64,000 nt of DNA, from positions 17,546,001 to 17,610,000 of the forward strand of contig NC_092671.1 in assembly GCF_964355755.1 (NCBI RefSeq). Direction: 5' to 3'. Shown here in pieces: positions 55,501 through 64,000 of this stretch; positions within the stretch are counted from its first letter, which is position 1, and every line of letters begins with the position of its first letter. Under the pieces are notes generated by a model. It worked only from the letters and a program-made list of their open reading frames with translations. It was not told the DNA's origin and did not search any database. This stretch comes from Antedon mediterranea. Its lineage: Eukaryota; Animalia; Echinodermata. Position numbers and translations under genes: made by a program.

Positions 55501-58500
55501 TGTATATATTTATATTGTGATCGGCACTTTTCACTTCTGGCAAATTTGCATAGCTTCTTCATAAAAACGGTGTGATGCCCTTGTATTAAGCGTTATGTGG
55601 ACGCTCATCGGAAGTAATGTGCACACATAATTTCATCAAACTATTGTCTTATAATTTGTCTAATTTAATGTCTTCACTAGCTGCGTGCTATTCAGTAGTC
55701 TCATTCATTATTATCATCTAAATTAATTATGTATACAATTTAAACTTTGGGCTACTGCTAATATGTCTGGTTTTCCGGAAAGTCTGTTAATCTAAATGTG
55801 AGCCTTTTGGACTACATATACACTAGAAAAGTCTGATATTAGGAGAGTTTTCGGTTTTCAGAAAGTCTGGTATAAGGAGGTTGCTGGTAGATTGTAAATA
55901 ACATCATATTTGTAATATTAACTATAAATCCAAAGGCAAATTACTGAAAAAAAATGACAATGCTGTGGGTATCAGTGGCTGGATCTCAATGGAGATACAA
56001 AAAAAAAAGCGAAAAGCTAAATCAAAACAGCCAGAAAAGTTAGCAGAAAACGTATCATTTCTGAAACCAAATTTATATATACTTTATATTGTTTGATATA
56101 CTATAATAATGTGTGGTTTTGATTGTGAAAATGTAACTATACGGTATATGTTAATAACAAAATAAATTGTTTTCCTAGTGCCGATGCCCCAATTATGGCC
56201 CATCTGTTTGAATATGCCTACGCAGAAGACTATATGACACTTGGATACCGAGAAGATGGCCACTGTAGAGGAACCATAACAAAGGAGTTGAGCCCTCCGC
56301 AGCTGCTCAAGTGGAACATTGTACCAGAAGTAAGAAATTGATTTCAATTTGTGTGATGACTATAAACATTGTAATTTTAGAGATTGTAAATAACTTAAAT
56401 TATTAATCATTTTATATAACTGTTCTTAAAATCTTAACAATCCCAGATATCTATTGGCCCCCTTGGAAACCAGTTTATACTCTTACTCGTCTCGAAAGAT
56501 GTACTAGGTTCTTTAAAGTGCAGATGAGCAAGGTGTGTACACTGGACCTATGGTTTATACTCCTTACCTGAGAACCATGAACCAGAACCATGGAGCAAGT
56601 GAGCTGAGAACCCTTGCCGATGTTGTGGCTGGATTACGGTTCCACTGTCTTAACCGCTCGGCCACTCACTCTTAAACTTTCACGGGTTATCCAGGTGTAG
56701 ATTTCTAGGTTTTGTTTGTTGCTATATATTATTGCTGTATATTATTATAATATTTTTGTTATAAAAGTAAACTTTAATCCATTTAAATTCAAAGAGGGAA
56801 TTATTATAATTTAATTTATGTTTTTGTTTTTCAGTTGTTGGGTGTAATCAATACCAGCAGGGAATTCGCAATAAATTTAGCTAACGATGTAGACCTCCAC
56901 GTTAAAGTACATAATGCATTTGGTAAAGGACTGATGAAAAAATGTAAAGTTAGCCCTGATGCATTCATTCAAATGGCTATGCAGTTAGCTTATTATAGGG
57001 TAAGAATATTTAAATATTTGAGTGGAGTTGTAGCTTGGTGGTTAAGATCCTTGCCTACTGATCCTAAACCCTGTGAAATACCGATATTTTGTTTCTTGAC
57101 AAAAAAGTGTTAAAGGTAGTTATTCTGGTCCTCAAGCTTAACTGGAAACTGAGGAAATTCAGATTGGGCCTTCCACGGACCCATAGCAGCCAGCAGTGCA
57201 GCGCCTACCAGATCCCCTACTATTTCGAATATGTACTAAGTTCTTTAACATGTACTATATGTACACGAGACATACAAAGGACGAGGCAATGATAGTAAAG
57301 CATCTTGCCTAAGGATGCAATCAGTATGGTACAGATAGGCTCAGATGGCAAGTTGATCAGATGAATGTAACCACTTATTCTTGGCAATATGCCTAAATTT
57401 AAATTAGAAAAGTAATAGCTTTGATGCATTCATTCAAATTGATATGCAGTTTTCTAATTATAGAATAAGACATTAAAGATGTTAACCTTGTTTGTTTGCA
57501 GTATTGCTTCAGGAAAAAGTATTAACAAATAAATGATTACTTTATGTAGGACCAAGGTCGCTTTAACCAGACGTATGAAGCTTCGATGACGCGATTGTTC
57601 CGTGAGGGACGAACTGAAACTGTACGGCCATGTACGATAGAATCTTGTGATTTTGTGCGTTCCATGGATAACCCAGAATACTCGGTGAGTCTTCTTTGTC
57701 TTGTTGTTTCATAGTTTTATTTATTTGTTAATAGACAATAGTTCATAGACTATTTGTTACTGTCCTTTTCACACTGATCACGCTATTTGTGCACTATTTT
57801 ATTACTATGATTAGTCAGTTTAATACTAGGGCAATACATGCGCAGTAATAACTCGGAACATCTCTGAACAAAAACAGGCCTCTCATCAGTGTTTTTCAGA
57901 GGTCAGAGGTCCCCTGTATAATTTCGCGAGATTTTCCACAAATTGTATTCACACTATGCAAACCTGGTTACAACTTGTTAAAAGTTGTTACATTTTGCAG
58001 ATGTGAAAAGGGTATAAGCCTCTATAGACTAGAAATCAATTTTAATTTTATTTTGTTTTATTCCTTTACAGGCTCAACAGAGATTAGAACTGTTTAAGAA
58101 AGCTGTTGATGTTCATGTGAAAAGTTACCGAGATGCGATGAATGGCAAAGGAATTGACAGGCACTTGTTCTGTTTGTATGTTGTGTCCAAGTATTTAGAA
58201 GAAGAATCTCCCTTCCTGCATGAGGTTTGAATATACTCTAAAGCCCTGTCTACACTATCAAACTAGTTTGACAAAAATGTCATGTGCCCAAATATGGTAG
58301 TGATATGGCCAAATATGGTAGTGATATGTCCAAGTCTATTACGTGTCTAGCTTACCTGGATGAACCGACACAGGCCTTATCCCCTTCAAGGGGATAACAT
58401 AACCCGAAAATAAAAAATTGTTTACAGTGGTATTGCCCATGAGCCGCGCCTATTCATACCTTACCACTTCTTTTAGAGACATTATCATGTCCATATTTGG

Positions 58501-60407
58501 GCACATCACATTTGTTGTCACATACATTTTGATAGTGTAGACAGAGCTTAAGAACTTTTTTATTGATCAATGTTCACAAGGACAAATTATCTCTTTACAA
58601 GGACAAATATTAGGCATTTCTTGTTAAAACTAGTAAAAATGGTATTATGTATTTTGTACAATTTACATTTAAATCGTTTTCCTATTAATACCTAACCTAA
58701 ATATACTTATGTTTTAGGCATTGACAGAGCCATGGCGGCTATCTACCAGTCAAACACCTCATCAACAAACTAAGAAAATGGACCTTGTGAAACATCCTGA
58801 GTACATATCAGCTGGAGGAGGATTTGGCCCAGTATGTATTTGTTGAATTCCTCAATGATGTTACAATATTAAATTAAAATGTTATTTATTAATCAAACAT
58901 TGTTCAGCCATTTTACAATGTTTTTTTTACATTTGTTGTATTTTATTTTATATTGTGTAACCTCTTCAGTCAAAGACTGGTCTGCCAGAGGGCCCAGTTA
59001 TGATCAGTGGCTGTGTGTGTACTAGTACACTGGGGTAAAGATGATGTAAAGATGTACTAGGTTCTTTAAAGTGCATGTGAGCTAGATGTGTACACTGGAC
59101 CTATTGTTTATAGTCCTTATCCGTAATTACTCGTTGTACCAACAGAACCATGGAGCGAGTGAACCTCAAACTCTAGCCGATGTTATGGCTAATTACAGTT
59201 ACACTTAACTGTATTAACCGCTCGGCCACTCACTCGCACATTGTTGCTATAAATTAATGATCATAATTAACATTACTGAAACTTCACTTTCTGTGTTTAG
59301 TATGTTACTTGTAATGTAATAATAATGAATTCATTTTCCATACTACAATAATAATACACATCACATATGAATATAGCATACAGTAGTAGCACTGTTAAAA
59401 CTTAAACTGTTTGTTTCAGGTATCTGATGATGGTTATGGCGTCTCTTATATCATTGCTGGTGAAAACATGTTATTTATTCATATTTCCTGCAAAGTGTCC
59501 TGTTCTACCTCAGTAAGTTATATTTCTTTCCATCTTGGTGGTTAAAATACTGTAAAACTACCATATTTGGGCTGACATTCAATTTAAATTAATTTTTTTT
59601 TTTTGCATTCATGTTTCATTATGTGATCATTTTCCAAATGATCATAAAAGCAAAATGATTTGGTCTACTAGCGTTCCTGCTACCAACTCGGCCGTTCCAA
59701 GGCAAAACAAAGTAACTACAAAATTTAGCTTTTCGAGAAAAATTGAATTGAAGTTTGAGTGTTTGCATTTCAGAAACAAATTATCGTAATGATGTGAAAT
59801 TTTGCATGAGTATAAATAAATAATAATTATTATTAAATACAAAATTTTAAATAATTTATTCAATTTGATCAAAAGTTATTACCACTTTTAACAGATATGT
59901 TGTTTTGCCTTGGAAATGACGTGCATAGAATGAAAGTCATTTCTTAGGCAAAACAACGTAACTGCGATATCCTGTGGAAAAACAACGTAACACTCTAGTC
60001 ATCCATTCATAGAAACACTGATCGGTTAATAAACTGATTAGCTAAACACAAAATGAATCATGATGATGTCGTATCACTACCATATTTAAGCATATCACTA
60101 CCATATGTAAGCATATCACTACCATATTTAAGCATATCACTACCATATTTAAGCATATCACTACCATATTTAAGCATATCACTACCATATTTAAGCATAT
60201 CACTACCATATTTAAGCATATCACTACCATATTTAAGCATATCACTACCATATTTAAGCATATCACTACCATATTTGGCAAACTAGTTTGATATGTTTGT
60301 ATATTTCTATTAAAAATGTATTTGTTTTCTTACAGAATTCAAGAAAATTTGGCCAAGCAATAGAAAAGGCTTTAGCAGATGTCAAAAACCTTTTTAAAAT
60401 AGACTAA
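40596..60407 (+). CDS. CPT1A: Carnitine O-palmitoyltransferase 1
   Basis: Exons 40596-40736 (acceptor at 40566), 42779-42915, 43664-43838, 44190-44291, 45198-45413, 46160-46467, 47669-47749, 48410-48533, 55116-55249, 56179-56329, 56835-56999, 57550-57684, 58072-58224, 58718-58831, 59420-59512, 60336-60407 (TAA). Motifs: [93 protein letters not shown]. Probably co-orthologous to CPT1A/B/C. Confidence 0.97.
40915..40978. repeat. Short 15-bp tandem (tttgccgaatcccaa) x3-4 inside a repeat fragment
   Basis: Periodicity read directly from the sequence. Confidence 0.8.
50159..51741 (-). mobile_element. Helentron/DINE-1-like non-autonomous rolling-circle element
   Basis: Minus strand: 5' subTIR taggtgatcattt with adjacent inverted copy, 3' subTIR aaatgatcaccta, hairpin aattcgtc-aaagt-gacgaatt, ending ctagtt; internal ~358-bp diverged tandem. 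Confidence 0.8.
53648..53722 (+). CDS. Candidate 75-nt cassette exon of CPT1 ([25 protein letters not shown])
   Basis: tgtttgtttcatacaag|GAA...AAG|gtacag; stop-free; phase 0/0 matching the flanking exons. Confidence 0.5.
56455..56672 (-). mobile_element. tRNA-derived SINE-like repeat; second copy ~59030-59236 (-); related segments ~57021-57330 (+) and 22854-22929 (-)
   Basis: A-box-like agtgagtggccgagcggttaa head and shared gatgtactaggttctttaaagtgca body. Confidence 0.6.
60072..60278. repeat. 21-bp minisatellite (atatcactaccatatttaagc) x10 inside a family A MITE
   Basis: Periodicity read directly; the unit equals the MITE internal motif. Confidence 0.95.
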
Positions 60408-63386
60408 ATGCAATGGTTTACAATCGCACACTACATCACAAAAAATGCATAAAGTGTTCATGTGTATAAGAAAATATATACATGGTATGGTTTATGCAAA
60501 TATTGCTAAAGAAGCCTATTAGAACTAGACCAGATAAAATATTTTGTTTTGCTTTTTAAAGTTGTCTTTACGATATATCCAGCACATTTTATGTTGTAGA
60601 TACTTTGTAGATATGGTATGGAGAAATTGTAAATTATTCAATGCATTAACTTTTCAATATTTGAGTTTACAAAAACTCAGCTATTTTTATAAGCTAATAT
60701 TTAATTTTATGTGTCTTTGTGTGATACCTCGTTGCTATGGTTTTAATACCTCATTCAAGACTTAAATAGCTCTTAAAATTGGTAATTTTTATCCTTCAAA
60801 GTGTTTATTAGTAATGTTGCTTTAGTGTTCTTTATTTTAAAAATGGTTATCTGTTTTACGTGGCCACAATTAAAAAACTAGATGACAATTTTAGATATAA
60901 AGTGCCCTTTGTAAATGTTCTCGTAGGTTTTGCAATTTAAGGATTGATTTTAGTAGAACCGTAGAGAAATAAGTATATACATTTTTTTTCTCCATGGTAG
61001 AACACATGTTTTAAATTTGTGAGATTTTGTATTTATATCCCTATCTTATCTCTTATAATATGTACCGCTGTTCACTTGCCATAAGTCACCCTGTCTTTGC
61101 TAGTATTCATTCAGTGTAATGATAAAGCTTCACGTTCAACTTATAGTTAGTGCTTCACAAGCTCTGTCTACACTATCAAACTAGTTTGACAAAAAAAAAA
61201 CGTGCCCAAATATTGTATTGTTATAACATCATCATGTCCGTATATGGGCACATCACATAAAATTTGATAGTGTGGACAGAGCTTAAATATTTAGCTCTAT
61301 CAGTTGTATTAGTGTCCAAAGTCTTGCATCAATCTGCCTTGAGTTTAACAATGCAAAAAAAATCAATCTACTAGTGAATGTGTATTACTATAAGCAATTT
61401 AACATATACTTACATCATACACACATTCTTTTTTATATATCTTGTATTATTTATTTATTTTTTAAAAATGTTAACATATTTTAGTAGGATAATCTATATA
61501 TAAAGAGCCGAAACGGTGGGAAAACATTGCAATCTTCACCCTAAAAACCTATTTCCAGGACCCTTTTAAAAATTAAAAGTTGACTAGACAAATTAACTCT
61601 TATGCTTGTTTCCCACTAGGACGCAACGCAAGGACGTAAAGGGAGCCCGCAAGCGTGCTGACCAATGACAAGCGACAGTTCGAATAATCCATCCCTTGTG
61701 ATTGGTCAACTATCTTATGTTGCACTTATGTCCTTGCTTTGTGTCTTAGTGTGAACCAAGCGTTATCTCCTTAATATGTATCTGTAATATGATATTTTAT
61801 GTCATGGCCAGTACCACATAGATGTATCAATTATTTTATTACCCGAGGTCATAATTGTTATTAATATCTGTATATAGGAGTGAATTATTCCAAATTAGTT
61901 GTAGATACAAAAAATAATATTTGGTCTATACATAGTGGTGTTGTGATATAGAAAACTTGATGTGCGTGTTTATATGGTAGTGATGACATATTTATTGTGT
62001 GGTTCACATTTTGCTAACATAGTTTGGCGTCAATTTCAATATCTCAACGTGATTGGATAGCAATAATTAATGTTTGGTAGAATTTTAACCCGTGTTTGGT
62101 GTATTTAAAAACTAAGTATAATTGATATGTGGCATAGGCAGTTTAGAAATCACGGCGTAATTATCCCAAACATATCTTTCGTAGTCGTTCTCCATCACGT
62201 TTAAATTCATGCATGCAAATTTGAGGTTTGCACTTTCCTAAAAAATACATTTCACCAAGGTAAGCTTCACTAAGGTAAGCAATAATTGGTTCACTTTGGA
62301 ATGTAAGTATGGACCAACGTACTGTTTACGTATAGGTGTACAGTATATGCAAAGCAATGCAACTGTTAATACGCAACACATAAGTCATTCCTACAGAATT
62401 GTCATTTAAAGTGCTTATAGTATATTTAGAGTTTATTAAACAAATTCAAGCCTCTCCCTCACAGTGGAGAAATCAATGTGCTGTCACCATGCAAGAAGCC
62501 TATATAGGACGCTTCGCTTATTACCAGTTTGATAATCGGATATTATTTATCAAATTCAAATTGCTTTTAACGAATTTGTTCATAAGCTAAATATAGATTG
62601 TTTCCATTGCTTCTTTAAACCAAATATTGACATAGTTGTAGTCCATGGTTTTATTTTGACATTTTTCTTGGAATATTAAATTAACTTTTGGTTTGCATAT
62701 CTGTATATGTTATATTTATTATACCTTAGTTTAAGATTAGCCGATTCTTGATATCTTATCTATTAATCGGTCCAGTATCATACTCAGATACTTTAATACA
62801 GTGGGACATGTTGAAACACACCTATTTCTATGCTCAAGTTTATTAAGCTTGTGATTTTTAACAAACAACATAAAGAGATAACATTTCTTTAATGGAATAC
62901 CAATTTATTTTGAATAACACCTTTACATCGGTGGCACACACATAGGTGATTTACTCATACTGACACAAAACATATTATTTCACCGTCTTTCATCACATTT
63001 TGAAAATGTGAAATACTACAACTAATTAACAACATTAGTATTTATATAAAAAGCATTAAATATGGTAATGCTAAAGTTTAACGAATTTCTTGATATATCG
63101 TACTGTACCGTAGTACCTAAGTGTAGACCCGTTTTATAGTTGACTTCGAAATGAACTACGTTATAGACCTATACTACAATAGACAATATACTGAACATAA
63201 AGATACAGTGATAAGTACAGGTACACACCATCGATTGTTATGCTACAAACATCTAGTGTAACACTAAATCTGAATTATTTCCAACCATTTATATTTTTTA
63301 TTATCTTGACTGATTTTATATTTAGGTCTATTATGAACATGACAAAAACACGTATGGACCTACTGTACAATGTTTAGTTTGCGTGG

Positions 63387-64000
63387 CTACTCCTCCGAGA
63401 CGGATATAACTTGGGTTTTATTGCCATAGACATGCGAAACATAAGATTTCATTTTTGGTTTTCTACGGATAACTTCGTTCCAAATTCTTGTAACACCTTG
63501 ATTGAATTCCTTGTATTTGAATGTATATATGAAAGGGTTCCAACACAGATTAGATGTCAATAACAATACTGAAAATTGATTAAGGTATGAATTTATTTTA
63601 ACGCCACAGTTCTCAAGTAGATATAGAAATATTTTAGGCGTCCAGCAAACGAGATACGTAACAAAAATCACCAACACAATTGATACCAAACATTTATTGA
63701 GTGCGTTATTGACATTTTCTGTCGATGTGTTGGGCATCGACATCGTAGCAGATTCTGATCTTGCATGAGCTTTCAAAGTCAGATATATTTTGCTGTGAAC
63801 ATATATAAAAATAGTGGTCGGTATAATCCATTCTATGATAAATATAAACACACCGTGACCAAGTTTAAGTGTGTCGTTACCGTTCCAGTTATAAACGCAC
63901 ACTTTTTGTACTGGGTCAGACTCGGACACTATAAACGCGTGTACACTGCAAATAAAACCGGCTAAATATGTTACCGGTAACGCTACTGGTAACGCTCGTC
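63387..64000 (-). CDS. Class A (rhodopsin-like) GPCR, TM4 to C-terminus; 5' part lies beyond the window
   Basis: Frame stays open to the window edge; TM5 IIEWIIPTTIFIYVHSKI, TM6 CWTP, TM7 SNLCWNPFIY, helix 8 KEFNQG. Confidence 0.9.
   Translation of the reverse strand, partial: RALPVALPVTYLAGFICSVHAFIVSESDPVQKVCVYNWNGNDTLKLGHGVFIFIIEWIIPTTIFIYVHSKIYLTLKAHARSESATMSMPNTSTENVNNALNKCLVSIVLVIFVTYLVCWTPKIFLYLLENCGVKINSYLNQFSVLLLTSNLCWNPFIYTFKYKEFNQGVTRIWNEVIRRKPKMKSYVSHVYGNKTQVISVSEE

Noticed and set aside
58349-58361. U1 snRNA 5' end (cttacctgg)
   Set aside because: Only a 9-nt match; no U1 stem-loops or Sm site follow
60042-60286. Heptad-repeat ORFs on both strands
   Set aside because: Translations of the 21-bp minisatellite

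Overview
AT-rich eukaryotic genomic DNA with GT-AG introns and a marine-invertebrate-type repeat landscape; an echinoderm is plausible but not provable from this window. The + strand holds the last 24 exons of a neurobeachin-like BEACH/WD40 gene (NBEAL1/2-like, 9315-28353) and a complete 16-coding-exon carnitine palmitoyltransferase 1 gene (40596-60407). The 3' part of a class A GPCR lies on the - strand at the right edge. The most notable feature is a tandem array of three intronless, antisense, Ig-like type I membrane receptor genes nested in one NBEAL intron (874-8324). They have a divergent N-terminal domain and tyrosine-motif tails (ITIM, NPxY). Decayed copies of the neighbouring host exon show that the array grew by duplicating gene plus host exon. 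The third copy is frameshifted to a potentially secreted form and carries a young 21 x 84-bp array. Also present: an intact PHD-EN-RT LINE with a 2A-like motif, candidate alternative exons in CPT1, several exon-fossil duplications, and many MITEs, Helentron-like, Kolobok-like and SINE-like repeats. All exon calls were made by eye.
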